Shown here piece after piece: positions 1-12,514 of a stretch of 64,000 nucleotides of DNA. The DNA comes from Heptranchias perlo (lineage: Eukaryota): positions 35,712,001 to 35,776,000 of the forward strand of contig NC_090346.1 in NCBI RefSeq assembly GCF_035084215.1. The letters are read 5' to 3'. Position numbers and translations under genes: made by a program. A model generated the notes under the pieces. That model searched no databases and was not told where the DNA came from. It worked only from the letters and a program-made list of their open reading frames with translations. The first letter of the stretch is position 1; each line of letters starts with the position of its first letter.

Positions 1-159
1 CAAATTAGATTTGTATTGTTTTTTTCTTGTTATCCACATGTTAAACTAATTATTGTCCCATCTCTTATTAATTATGTGTTTAAGAGGTGATAAACTGGTC
101 AACTGAGGATAAGTAGGTCAGTCTGATAATATCTGCTGTCCTTAATTCCCTTAAATACA

Positions 160-512
160 TGATGTGGAGATGCCGGTGATGGACTGGGGTTGACAATTGT
201 AAACAATTTTACAACACCAAGTTATAGTCCAGCAATTTTATTTTAAATTCACAAGCTTTCGGAGATTTTCTCCTTCCTCAGGTAAATGTTTCAAGATCTC
301 CTTGAAGCCTACGCATTTATACATATTGAATAATACATGGTGTTTACAGACTGCCCCTGCAACTGCCCGTTGCCAAGGCAATCACCGTGTTCAGACAGAG
401 AGGTGTCATCTGCAGAACCCCCGAATACACATTCAACAAAAAAACAAACAGGGAAAAAAAACAGAGAAAAAAAACACAGAGAGAGGCAGAAACATCCGGA
501 AGGCAGAGAGAG
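160..512 (-). mobile_element. Penelope-like element (PLE), 5'-truncated, pseudo-LTR only
   Basis: 160-283 is nearly identical to the terminus of the RT/GIY-YIG element at 59261-61060. It is flanked by the direct repeat CCTTAAATACA (149-159 and 513-523), interpreted as the target-site duplication. Confidence 0.88.
247..287 (-). ncRNA. Minimal type I hammerhead ribozyme motif in PLE pseudo-LTR
   Basis: Minus strand reads AUUUAC-CUGAGGA-A-GGAG-aaaau-CUCC-GAAA-GC-UU-GUGAAU. This gives the CUGANGA/GAAA core, stem I AUUUAC/GUGAAU, stem II GGAG/CUCC and a palindromic AGCU in place of stem III. Confidence 0.72.
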
Positions 513-1171
513 CCTTAAATACAGGCAGGTATCCAGTATCACTGATCACTGTTCCAGTTGCTGTTTGAACAACTATGTTGTTTTCCTAGTCTTTGCAATT
601 TTGAGCACAAACAGTAGTGGAGAACTTTCCATTGTTATTCAGAGTCTTACTTTCAGGTCTAATAGTACATTAGGTTTACCTGAACACTGTTTTTTGTAGC
701 TGTGTGTGTAGAGCTTACTACCGAAAGAAAAAAGTACAATAAAATTGCTTAAAATAAAGGGACATAATAAAATACTGAAAATGGCATCATAAAAATCCAT
801 CACTAAATGTTATGACCTCGTTATATTTGCCTCGGTATCTAACTTGTTTCAAGCATTGCCTGCTTGATCCTATTTTATCTTGAATCTCCCAAAGATTTCT
901 TAAGGTATCACTTTTGCAGACAGATAAGAGATGCTAATTGCAAGAATACCATTCCCTTTGTATGGAGGTAATTATAAAATTGAAGAGCGGTCCATTTTTT
1001 TGAAGGCCATCTACCTAAAATTTGAACTGTTCAGTGGATTAGTTGTCTGCAAAAATTGTATCTTGAAAATGAAAAGCTCTGACTACCAGAGCCTTTTTAA
1101 TCCCCATTGAATCGGTAATTGATATCTAATCAATAGTCATCAAATGTGCAGTCGTACTTCCAGTATATAGT

Positions 1172-1496
1172 CACACAAGATCATAGTGTAAATACAGACA
1201 AGGATGGTCATTCAGTTCACCTGTCCAGAAGAAAACCTACAGTCCTTCCATCACAGCATCCAACTGACTCTTGAATGACTACGCTTTTTGTTTCTACTAC
1301 TCTACGCAAAGCTCTATTCTACTTATATGAGGAAATTCTTCAATGTGTGGAATAAACTTCCAGATGAAGAAGTGGAGGCAAAAACCATGGAATCATTTAA
1401 GAAACCATTTGTGCGACATTGGGGGAATGTTAGGATCTCCCTGGATGGATGAATTAAGATGGGCTGATAGGCCTTCCTCATCTTGTGATCTTGTGG
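1172..1496. mobile_element. Two old CR1-like 3' fragments in opposite orientation (about 1172-1325 on -, 1335-1496 on +)
   Basis: TGTGGAATAAACTTCCAGATGAAGAAGTGGAGGC (WNxLPxExVEA-like) and a CR1-type 3' UTR on +. The tails CACAAGATCA and TGATCTTGTG are mutually reverse-complementary. Confidence 0.55.
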
Positions 1497-3967
1497 TGAC
1501 ATAAATCCTAAATTAGTCTTTTACCAGTTTGAGCCTATGCCTCTTATCCTGTTCTCACTGGCTTGTTGTGAAGCAGTGCTCCAGACATTATTGGTGAGAC
1601 TTGCATTCTGACTTGTTTTTGATTTGACTGACTGAACTTTGTTTTTTTTTGCCTGCTGTTTGCTGCTGTTTTCCTTCAATTCAGTACTTCTTTTGGTGCA
1701 CACCTCTCAAAGCAACATTCCTGCTGCCACTAGTTTGCAGCTGCAAGCAATTCCTACCATAGACTTTACATTGGGCTGCCAATGTGTAATGCACATGGTA
1801 TAATGATATATAAATGCATAACATTTTTCTGCTGTTAAAATTAAGCCTTGTCCCTTTAAAGACAGTCTAAAAGCTGTTAGGTAAACACTGGATGAGATCA
1901 TTCGGAGCTTAATTGTTGTTCAGGCTTCAGATCACAACCCTGGTTTTGTTAGTCTTTTTAAAGTGTGATTGGTAAGGTCACTCAGAGGTTACAGATATTC
2001 TTCCCGCTGTGTCAATTAAGGTACATTCAATTGCTGTGGAATTGTACTTTTCAAATCACTGCTTTGTTTATTCTTTCTTTCAAAGCATGGTACAGAAATT
2101 TTGACCATTGCACTTGAAGTTTGATGGGTAGAAAATGCATGCCCGATGTGCTGTTTGTATATGATAGATAGAGCTATGTAGAATATACAGTATAATGGGA
2201 TGATTAGTTGAATTTAATGTTTTGTTACTCAGTTTTCATCAACCCTGTAGTCTTCCAGTCGGTGCAGTTCATGGAGAGGAAAAAAGTGATGACCATATTT
2301 AACATTCATGCTAATGTTTCAGCTGCAATTTGACAACAGTTGTATGAGTCTGATAGTGCTATATGTAATCAGCAGTGTGTGCCAACTTCAAGAAGGATTA
2401 AAAAGACTAGTTTTTAAGGCTCGTGACGTTTAAGCCCTCTTTTAACAACTTACTAAATACAGATATCCGAATGCGCCTTCTAAACTCACTGTTTCAGCCC
2501 CTATTTCTTGTAGTAAAAATAATAGTATTTTAACGTCAGAAGGTAGAAATTAGTCACAGTTCTAAATTCCACACAATGTCACAGTAAACTGCAGGCAAGA
2601 GCTCTTAGAATTATAGGTGAGGCTCCTTAAAACAGAACTGTACAGAATAGCTGCACAGCAGGTTTTGATCCTCTTTAAGCTGGTGCATATAGAAGATTTT
2701 TTTCTTATTTATTGGCTATTAACCCTACAGATCTTGAAGTACCTGTGAGTTTACAGCTTATAAGAGTGTAGACAGCCTGTGAATGCATAGAATTCTAATT
2801 CTTGTACTTTCTTGCAAGATCTCATAACTCTCAGTATCCTACTAATTCAGAATATTAATATATGGAATTTGACATGCAGTTCAGAGAAATGAGCAAATCT
2901 TGGGGACTTTAACCACAAGATGTGGGATTTGAGAGATTTTTTTTTAACTTTGATTACTGCGATCTAAGGGGTTAACTTTTTCTCTGTTTGCTGGGTTAGT
3001 GTAGCCTGTTGCTTTAAAATTGAACATTACCGTACTAATTTCTATAGCAAAATAAGTTATATTTTAGAATTTTAATTCTGAAAAGGAACCTCTTTCCCTT
3101 TGCTGAAATGTATTTCAAAGTTTTAAAATTTGCATATTTTCATTTTTCATATAACTTCTATAAACATAAATTTTCTGTACATTTATTAGTACAAGTATTA
3201 TAAACTATGATTGGAAATGTATCGAACCTAAGAACCTTTATTAATTTTTGTGGTTCATAAAATCAACTTTTTTAAAAAAATGAAGATATCGTATGCTAGA
3301 TTTTGCTGCTAAAATGCTGCTGGAGTCCCTAAAGGGTTAACTAAGACATTAGTTCTTATGGAGGATGCTTCTGAGTGTATACAAGTCTGACAGCTTTAAA
3401 CAGATTCTATGATCCATGTTTAATTATTCATCTTGGATATATCATATAGCATAGCTCAGCATCAAAATATTTAAATTATTAATATTTATACATAAGTGCA
3501 GCTCATGTAAGGGCCAAAATTCCATTGAGCAATGTATTGGGGGGATTGGACTCCAGTAAACTTATGGCGTCAGTATCTTTCGTAGGCAACGTAGTGTTCG
3601 ATTATACAAAATCCTTCTTCTGTGGCACAAAGTGCTTTTGCTTTTGATTGGGGATCTCTCCTGACAATTTATCCCAATAATGAACTGGTTGCCGACATTT
3701 GATTTTGATCCATTCGCAAAATACCCCTTGCATTTCTTGCACGTGTATTTTCATAAAGCAGCACTGCTTATATTTATAATCGTCTTGCATTGCTACTTAT
3801 GAATTGAAGCCATTATCGCAATGACTGTGATTCTGCATTCACATTTGCGATGTGAAATTAACTTGTTCCCAATTTGCATACTGTTATAACATTTGAATTT
3901 ATTTGTACTTATGTGTTGCATATGAAATTGAGGTTTGTATATTATTTCACAAAAATTAGTCTCCCAC

Positions 3968-4335
3968 AGCTCCCCAATGGCTCAGCGCGTTTGTCCAGTA
4001 AGTGGCTGAACCAATAATATCAAGGAGGTCCTCGTGCAATTCCTGACTGAGTTGGTTGGTTTCAGCCAGGCTGGTGGTAGGGGACGACAGTGCCCCTCAG
4101 CACTTTTGGTTAGGAAGGGGCAAATCAGCCAAGGTTTCAACTCATAATTGCTATGCAGGGATCCTTGCTGGAAGTGAGCATGTCTGGATAATGGGGGAGG
4201 CCAAGATTGGGCCCATTTGTGATATTCCCTCTGGTTGAACAGCCTGCTGACACTGTCAGGACTTGCACACAAATAATGGTCATTCAGGTGAGGTACTAGA
4301 GGGTGCCCATCATTCGAGAGAAAAGAGGAGAAAAT
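3968..4335 (+). mobile_element. tRNA-head SINE-like repeat (unnamed family B)
   Basis: TGGCTCAG A-box-like head, plus a core (AAATCAGCCA.GGTTT...GATCC.TGCTGG...TGAA.AGCCTGCTGACACT) shared with copies at about 16860, 19235, 36085 and 47365. Confidence 0.6.
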
Positions 4336-4354
4336 TGGCAAGAGAACGAAAAAA

Positions 4355-4824
4355 AAGAATTTGCATTTATGTAGCACCTTTCACAACCTCAGGATGTCCC
4401 AAAGCACTTCACAGCCAATGGAGTACCTTTTGAAGTGAAGTTACTGTTGTAACGTAGGAAAATGTGGCAGCCAGTTTGCCCACAGTGAAGTCCCATAAGC
4501 AACAATGAGATTATGACTAGATAATCTGGTTCACTTTTTTGGTTATGTTGATTGAGAGATAAATATTGGTCGGGACATTGTGGAGAACTCCCCTACTCTT
4601 TTTTGGAAAGTGCCATGAGATCTTTTATGTCCACCAGAGAGGGCAGATGGAGTCTCGGTTTAACGTCTCATCTGAAAGACAGCACCTCCGACAGTGCAGC
4701 AGTCTATTAGTACTGCACTGAAATGTCAGCCTCGAATATGTACTCAAGTCTCTGGGGTGGGGCTTGAACTCACAACATTCTGACTTGGAGGCAAGAGTGC
4801 TACTCACTAAGCCACGGCTGACAC
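4355..4824 (-). mobile_element. Deu-domain SINE (SacSINE1-like)
   Basis: Reverse complement has a tRNA-like head (GTGGCTTAGTG...GTTCAAG), the Deu-like core AGATGAGACGTTAAACCGAG...AAAAGATCTCATGGCAC and an L2-type tail GTGCTACATAAATGCAA. Confidence 0.8.
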
Positions 4825-5274
4825 TTAAGAGGAGGAACGACCTCTTTAAAAAAAAATGCCTCATTTCAACTTTTCCCTCAGTCTTATGTTCTATCATTCT
4901 TATATATGTGGCTCAGTCTTAAGTCCCCTGCTAGTTTAAGCATGCAGAGGCTCAGCTGTGAGAGTCCAATTCTCTCACGACATTCTCGCACCTAAAGAAT
5001 GTCTCAGCCATCTTCACTTTCACCAGGACTTAGGTGCTAAGCCCAGCAAAGCTGTAACTAGTTACCCTTCTGCAAAAGATGTCATATTTAGAACACTTGG
5101 TGCATCCAGAATGTGTCTTTAAAAAGCTAGGTCATTCTAGAAGTTACTTTTTTAGGATGTAGGGGATAATTCAAGGTAGATTTAAAAAGAATGTTGAAAT
5201 GACATGTGTCTGCTCTGTTTTCACCAGCACAGGCAGGCAGACCCACATCTGCATATTTGTTCACCCGCTTCGTC

Positions 5275-5905
5275 CCAGGGATGAGGAACTTAAGTTATTT
5301 GGAGAGAATAAAGAAGCTGGGACTGTTCTCCTTCGAGCAGAGAAGGTTAAGGTTAATTTAATAGAGGTGTTCAAAATTATGAGGGGGTTTTGAAAGAGTA
5401 AATAACTTCAGGAAGGATGTCAAGGCCTGAGAGAGGGTGCAGAGGAGATTTACTTGAATGGTACCAGGAATGCAGGACTTCACTTACCTGCGGAGATGCG
5501 AGAAACTGAGGTTGTTCTCCTAAGAGTAGAGAAGGTTAAGGGGAGATTTAATAGAGGTGTTCAAAATCATGAAGGGTTTTGATAGTGAATAAGGAGAAAC
5601 TGTTTCAACTGGCAGGAGGGTCGGTAACCAGAGGACACAGATTTAAGATAATTGGCAAAAGAACCAGAGAGGAGATGAGGAGAATTTTTTTACGCAGCGA
5701 ATTGTCATGATCTGGAATGCTGTGTCTGAAAAGGTGATGGAAGCAGATTCAACAGTAACTTTCAAAAGGGAATTGGATATATACTTGAAAAGGAAAAATT
5801 TGCAGGGCTAGTGGGAAAGAGCAGGGGAGTAGGACTAAATGAATAGCTCTTTCATCAGGCTCGATGGACCGAATTGTCGTCTCCTGTACTGTGTGATTCT
5901 ATTAT
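5275..5905 (+). mobile_element. CR1 LINE 3' fragments; the ORF2 C-terminal segment is present twice in diverged form
   Basis: LGLFSLExRRLRGDLIEVFKIM-type coding at about 5315-5400 and again at about 5505-5580, followed by a CR1 3' UTR and an ATTCTATT tail. Confidence 0.85.
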
Positions 5906-6159
5906 TCTTGTTGCAGTGAAGCTACTAATCGGCCAGCCCAGGGGTACATGTGTTAAAGGACTGAATCAGCAATTAATCAACCATTCAGTACGATTGCAGA
6001 CAGATGTTGCAGTGTACATACAGAGCCAGTTCTACTCAGGGTTCTGGAATAGTAACTATGCGTACTTTGAGCCTGGGCTCCACATATTCCTAGAAAAGCT
6101 TGTTCGCTCAGCTGATAATGTAAGGAGAGAACTAGAGAAGCTTGACATCTTTCAGTGAT

Positions 6160-6590
6160 GACAATAATACCTTTGACGTAGTAAGCATTGCAAGATGCTT
6201 CACAAAGGAGAAAGGAATACTAAGCAGGTATAGAAGAATTGGGCACATGACTAAAAGTATTGAAGAAAAAGAGAGATTTTGAGGAGGCTTTTCAAGGTGG
6301 GAAAAGAGGAAGCAAGGAGGGAAGAGCCCAGAGAATAGGGCCAAGACTGGGTGGACCAGTAGGTCTTTTCCTGTTGGTCATTGTTCGTATGTAAGATGGC
6401 TGGAGGTTTTGCAGCCAGTAGTTCAGCAGAAGGTTGGGAAATGCAAAGGAGATCAGAATACAAAGACCAGAAGGCATGGGCTGGATCTTGGGCTGGAGAT
6501 AATTGCAGATCTAGGCTGGAACAAGGCTGTGGAGGGATTTGTAATATTTTGAATTTAGTGTGTTGGAGGTCAGCTAGTTCTTGGCAGTGT
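6160..6590 (-). mobile_element. Degenerate L2-like LINE 3' fragment
   Basis: CCTTTGACGTAGTAA...GATGCTTCACA and the downstream purine-rich segment resemble the better copy at 7726-8082. Confidence 0.5.
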
Positions 6591-7040
6591 TTTCCCCTGT
6601 GACAACTGAACATTCAACTGCAAAACATTCAACTCGGCCTCTTAAATCTGAAAATTTGATCCTAAGCGACTTCTGGCTCATGAGGAAAGACTCGTACCCC
6701 TCAGCCTTGGCCGGAGAGGGAGCAGGGGCAGGAAAACTTTGCATTTCGTGGAAGGTCTACATTGACAGCCTGCTTGTTTGCTTGCCCCGTGTGCTGTCAT
6801 TTTATTTAGGTTCAGGAGAAAAGAGGGAGGAATGTTCCTATGTTGTGAGAAGCAGATGGTGGACACACCAACCTACTAGAGGGAGAAAAATGAGAGGGAG
6901 TTTGGCAGAGGGAGATAAAGAAAACAGAAAAGTGAAGGAAAGCACAGGCAGAAACCTGTTAGTCTCATTTTGAGTTTCATCTTGATCTAATATATAAGAT
7001 ATTTTCTTATAACACATTGGAAAATAACCATAACTCCATT

Positions 7041-7720
7041 GCCTGGATTTTAACATGGAGCCAGGAAGAGACCGGGCAGGGGGGTTGCGGGAGCAGGGAT
7101 GTTTTTCAGACTCTAAGCCGGAAGTGAAGTGAGTGGGTCGGAATGTGTGATCGCACCTTAATTGAAGGATAAAAATTTTACTTCTGGGGTCTCGAGCCCA
7201 GCATCCAGATTGAGAGGCAGCCAGGGATCAGAAAGGAGGGAGGTAGAAATCATGGGCTGTGGGGGAGTGGGGGGGGGGGGGGAGGCGGGAGGGAGGGCTG
7301 GGCCGTGGAGGACATCAGGTAGAGGGTGAGGAGGTCCAGGTCGTGGAGGACGAGGGGGGAGGGGAGGCCGAGGAGGATATCGGGGGTGGGGGTGTGGGTG
7401 GGGGAGGTACATGCCGTGGAGGACATTGGAGATGGGGAGGTTGTAGAGGATATTGGAGATGGGGAGGTTGTAGAGGATATTGGGGGGAGGGGGGAGGCTC
7501 TGGAGACCGTCGATGGGGGAGGGGACAGGGATGGGGGGCCTTGTCCAACTTTTTCTTTACCTGTTTTCCTTCCTATTGTGGAGGTTCGATGATGCATAGA
7601 GCTGGTGCTGTGCTTGGAGCCGGTGGTATCAGCATGTCTGGGCTCTGCACCCAGGCTGTGGAAGCTGGTGACTTGTGAACAGCTCGGTGCCACTGTTGGG
7701 ATAACCTGTGCAAGTTGCTC
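7041..7720. mobile_element. Probable non-autonomous DNA transposon remnant with a G-rich interior
   Basis: Begins GCCTGGATTTTAAC, similar to the GG(C/G)..GATTTT termini of other MITEs in the window. The GC-rich interior contrasts with AT-rich flanks. The right end was not identified. Confidence 0.4.
7255..7540 (+). repeat. G-rich low-complexity tract containing a 27-bp minisatellite
   Basis: GT(G/A)GAGGA(C/T)ATTGGAGATGGGGAGGTT units start at 7416 and 7443, with a partial unit at 7470. There are many G runs. Confidence 0.85.
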
Positions 7721-7725
7721 AGTCC

Positions 7726-8082
7726 AACAACAACAACAATTTGCATTTATATAGCGCCTTTAACGTAGTAAAATGTCCCAAGGTGCTTCACAGGAGTGTT
7801 ACCAAACAAAATTTGACACAGAGCTACATAAGGAGATATTAGGACAGGTGACCAAAAGCTTGCTCAAAGAGGCAGGTTTTAAGGCGCTTTAAAGGAGGAG
7901 AGGGAAGTAGGGAGGCGGAGAGGTTTAGGGAGAGAATTCGAGAGCTTAGGGCCTGGGCAGCTCGAAGCATGGCCGCCAATGGTGAAGCGATTAAAATCAG
8001 GGATGTGCAAGAGGCAAGAATTGGAGGAGCGCAGAGATCTTGGAGGGTTGTTGGGCTGCAGGAGGTTACAGAGATACGGAGG
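7726..8082 (-). mobile_element. L2-like LINE 3' end with (TTG)n tail
   Basis: (AAC)n-TTGCATTTATATAGCGCCTTTAACGTAGTAAAATGTCCCAAGGTGCTTCACAGG. It is the reverse complement of the copy at 12245-12429, and the tail resembles that of the Deu SINEs. Confidence 0.78.
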
Positions 8083-8379
8083 ATCTATGGAAGACTCCAG
8101 ATGACCTCAAAGAGCTATTAAATATATAAGCCAGTGGGAGATTTTATTCTCTTGATTCACTAATACTGGAAATGTTTTTTCTACATTGAGGGAGGAAAGG
8201 AGCCTTGCTGCAAACACGTTTGCATGAGTTAATTTACGCATAAGATGAAATTCTGTACCATACAAGGAAGTGAAATTATTGCTGAATGTAGGTCGGAGCA
8301 AGCAATGCGTGGATTTCACATTATGGTTATGTGTGTATGAATAAGAGTCTGAAGATACCTTGCACTACCCACTTTCTTG

Positions 8380-9400
8380 GACCCTTCAATCTCTTCCTCT
8401 GCTAAATATCTACCCAGCTCCCTCTTCAATTTGCTGATACTATTCCCCTCTACTGTCTACCCAGGTGGTCTGTTCCATATATTCACCGCCCGCTGTGTAA
8501 CATTATTAAATTTTTTGTTGTTTACTCACTTTCCCTCCTCTGAGCTTGAGTCCATGTGCCCTTGTTGTAGAGTTTGTGATTATATTAAACATATTATTAG
8601 GGTTCAATTCATCTATGCTCCTTAGAATCTTGAATATCTCAGTAAGTTTCCCCAAGCCATGTTTTCTCCAGTGTAAACATTCCCAGTAACTGTGGCATCT
8701 CCTCAATGCTCAAGTGCCCAATCCAAAGTATCAATTTAGTTAGTTTTCACAATACCCTCTCCAGTGCCAGGATGTCTCCACTGTAGCAAGATGATCAGAA
8801 TTGTACACATTATTCGAGGTGGGGCTGGACCAGTGCTTTGTATAATCTCATTATCACTTCCTGGGATTTATGCTCTATCTCTCTGGCTGCACTCCCAAGA
8901 TGATCTTTGCTTTCTTTATTTCTGCCAGACACATGTGCAATGGTTTCAGCAAGATATCTACAAGTTCCCCACATCTCTCTCCTCTACTATTTCTTGCAAA
9001 TTAATACTATTTAGCTTATATTATCATTGCTTATTCACCTTTCCCAGTCTTTGAATTTGTCCACATTAAACAATGTCTGCTCCTTGTCATCCTAGCTTCC
9101 TAATCCACCCAAATCCCTTTGTATTTAATTAACTTGAGCCATGTTATTTGCAACTGCCCCAGTTTATCAGCAAACTTGAAGAGCCTTGTTCCTGTCCTCT
9201 CTTCCAAATTGTTCATATACATATTGCAAACAATGACCCAAACACTGATCCCTGAGGTACCCCACTAGCACCACCATCATTGCCAATTAAGCTCCATCTA
9301 CAGCTTTCCTTCGTTTCCTCTGATTGAAGTTTTTTTTTCAAGCAGTCCAATAAATTCGTCAGGCGTGACCTCCCTTCCATCGGTTGATTATTTAAACTTC
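8380..9400 (-). mobile_element. Old, decayed CR1 ORF2 fragments
   Basis: ORF 8506-8706 contains LTEIFKILRSID...TRAHGLKL. GGTACCTCAGGGATCAGTGTTTGGGTC (GVPQGSVLGP-like) lies on minus at about 9236-9265. Confidence 0.75.
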
Positions 9401-10368
9401 ACAATTAAATGTCAGTCCTAATCAGATAGATGCAAATAGTTCAATACCTAAATACTGTCTGACTTTTACACATCTTCAATCTTGTGTTTAATACTCTCAA
9501 TATCCAGAGGGGAACTAAGTATTCCTTTAAATTTTAAGGCATATTTTTGGAAAATTTCTATTGCTGAATATTATAAAGTAGGAATAGAGAATGACTAAAA
9601 CTAGGCGATTTCTTTTTAAAATTCTTTGTAATATTAGGTTGATCTTAAAGGAATGCTTTACCATTAGGTTCTATAAAGATGTACCACATTTATAAAGCAC
9701 GAGTTTAATGCCGTACAATTCCCATGGTAAGTTCTGTTGACATCTGAATATAGCAGAATAAGAATTTCCATTTTTTGAGGTTGGGAATCTAGCCTCATGA
9801 TCCGTGATACTATTTGCACTTATCTCCCATGCTTCTAGAAAATGCATTGCTAGTTCTGAGTCATTGAATGTGCCATTAGAGCATCTAATCAGGGAGGACT
9901 GGAGTTATAACTTCTGTAAATGTTATTTTAAATTGGGTCTTAAAATTCATTGTCAGTACTTGAAGTACCCTCAGCCATTCTCTTTTGTAACTCATTACTA
10001 TTTTTCACCATCTAAAGCTAGTATACAATTCTCCACTACATATTTATTATGCATCTTTCAAACTTAGTGTTTCTTTTTTCATTAATCTCTGCTCTTTTTA
10101 ATTACTAGTCCAAAAGCTATCAGCAATTACCCCGGAGATTTCAATACACAAACACAACCCATTCTTGGGTACTTTGAGTATTCAATTTGCTTTTCTCATT
10201 AGCTACGAGAAAAATAGATTTGATAACATTGTAATACAGAAAATAAAGAGAATGAGGAAATATTTATTTATTATATTCTTTGAAATATGTTTGAAAATGA
10301 CCAACTGAAATGGGACTTTCATCATACTCAGATGATAAAATAACCACTTTTCCCCTCTGAAACATATT

Positions 10369-11119
10369 GGCCGGATTTTGCTGTGAAAGTAATGGTGAGG
10401 CTAACAGTGATCACTGTTATTTATGCACAAATCGAACAGCAACATCCGGTGAGCGGACATGCGCAAGTTAAACGTGAAAATGTGGAAGCTGCAGTCCCAG
10501 ATGCGCTGCCCCTCCGTAAGCTGCGCAAAAACGGCATCTCGCTATCTGGCTCCCTATTCAAATGTATTGAACGGTGTGAAGTTCCTGCACTGATATCGTA
10601 GATACGGACTAAACGTGCCATAAAAAGTTAGGGCTTGTCTATTCCAGTCTAAGTATCCTTTTACCAGCATGATAAGTCTTAATTACTGCCAAACAACCTC
10701 TCTGGCACTGAAAATTAACTCTTACATGTGTGGAGTCCCATTCCTTCAGCTTTTAATGTTGGAGGCTTTTTAAAAAAAAATTAATTTTTTAAAAACTTTT
10801 TTTCTTTCTGTCTCTTTTATCTCCCTCTCCTAACCCAGTCTTTCTTACCCTCTCTTTATTTCGCTTTCTGTACCTGATTTGACATTGAATTCACTATTCT
10901 AACTTACACTTCCTGGATCAGACTCTGCACTGCTCATTAACAATTCTTCAGTCTGATTGATTAAGGAGACACACAGTTGCTTGCCCTGTTCACGCAGGAC
11001 TCAGATGCCCTGTTTGGACATTTGGCTGACAGCAACTTGCTGTGCAAAACCCCATAGAAAGTCTATGGGCAAATGCAAGTCTAACAAACGGCGGGCACCG
11101 TTCAAAGCAAAATCTGGCT
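10369..11119. mobile_element. Non-autonomous DNA transposon (PIF/Harbinger-like TIRs)
   Basis: Left end GGCCGGATTTTGCT; right end AGCAAAATCTGGCT (rc AGCCAGATTTTGCT). The interior is CpG-rich. No clean TSD. Confidence 0.6.
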
Positions 11120-12244
11120 GTACTGTTTTATTTTCAGAACTATCACTAACTCTCCTCTTTCAGAAAGAAATTTCATTGGTAGAGACACTCAGATAATTTC
11201 ATCCTCGACACTCGTCTTTCTTGAGACTGAAACATCATCCCCACAAGGATTGCAGTGGTTCAAGAAGTCCCACTTTCATCTTTTCAGTGCAACCAGGGAT
11301 GGGTAATAAATACAGCCTTCCTAGCATTAATACCCATCCCAAGAAAACAGAAAAAAATGATAAGAATGAGACTAACAAAAAAAAAAGCAGACCAACATGC
11401 AAAGCCTGATTTCCTTCAGTGAGTCACGCTGCTCATCACAGAACCCGTGCACACTACAACACTCATCTCACCAGCGCCATTGTTTCAGATATGGGTTTTG
11501 TATTTTTCTTCCAATCCCCTTCATTAACAAGAACTGTCAACATATATGGAAGCACTAATTAGAATTGACAGGCTGACTGTGTTACTGAATTCTGACAGAA
11601 AATCTAATTTTGAATACGCTCCACTCTCCCTGCCATTGCAAGATTTATCGCCATTCCATTCTCAAATTTTATGCATTATTATCCACCATAAAAGAGATAC
11701 ACAACGTACCTCAACTTCTGCTCACTAAGTCAAAACCACCAAATAGTTATGGGAACTCCTGTGACTTTTCACATTGTTATTGCCATTTCATCTGATACTC
11801 TTTTTTAAGTAAAGAAGACTCTGGGTGAACTCTCTATTGTGGGGGGTGGTCACGTGGACTCTCTTGTGCCCTTTCAATTGAAATAAGGTGACCGAAACTC
11901 CAGGAAGGATGTCACATGCTGTTTACTTTGGGTGTTATTTTAAAGTAGGGCAAGTGAAGGCAAATTCACTTTGGCGTTTAAAAGGTCAGCGTTGCATTTT
12001 TGAGGAGTTTGATAGTCTCAGTTCCTGAATTGGCCAGCTCTAAAAGCTATGCTTTGGAGGTACCATCTAGACTTCCAGAAAAGGTCTTGCTGTGGTGCAG
12101 TCGTTTGCAATCTGCTATATGCAGATTGCTTACTTTTTCCCAGCAACTCATCATTTCATCACCTGCATATGAACACCAGTGAAAAACATTGTCAGATACT
12201 CTTCAGTATTGACAGTGGCTCTTTCATAACTGTTTGGCAGTCTC

Positions 12245-12429
12245 CGCCTCTCTCTCCTTTAAGACGCTCCTTAAAACCTGCCTATTTGACAGCTTTTGGT
12301 CACCTATCCTAATATCTCCTTATGTGGCTCGGTGTCAAATTTTGTTTGATAATCGCGCCTGTGAAGCGCCTTGGGACGTTTTACTACATTAAAGGCACTA
12401 TATAAATGCAAGTTGTTGTTGTTGTTGTT
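12245..12429 (+). mobile_element. L2-like LINE 3' end
   Basis: CCTGTGAAGCGCCTTGGGACGTTTTACTACATTAAAGGCACTATATAAATGCAAG followed by (TTG)n. Confidence 0.8.
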
Positions 12430-12514
12430 CCGCTGAAATGCGCTATAAGCTAAGCAACTTTTTGAGATTGTTGAAACAATAAAAATATTGATGCACTGTT
12501 TCCTGCCCTGTATT

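Noticed and set aside
7416-7487. CRISPR-like array
   Set aside because: The units are contiguous with no unique spacers, and the context is eukaryotic.
7158-7693. Pro-rich, Gly-rich and Ser/Thr-rich ORFs in five frames
   Set aside because: These are by-products of the G-rich minisatellite, with no domain similarity or splice context.
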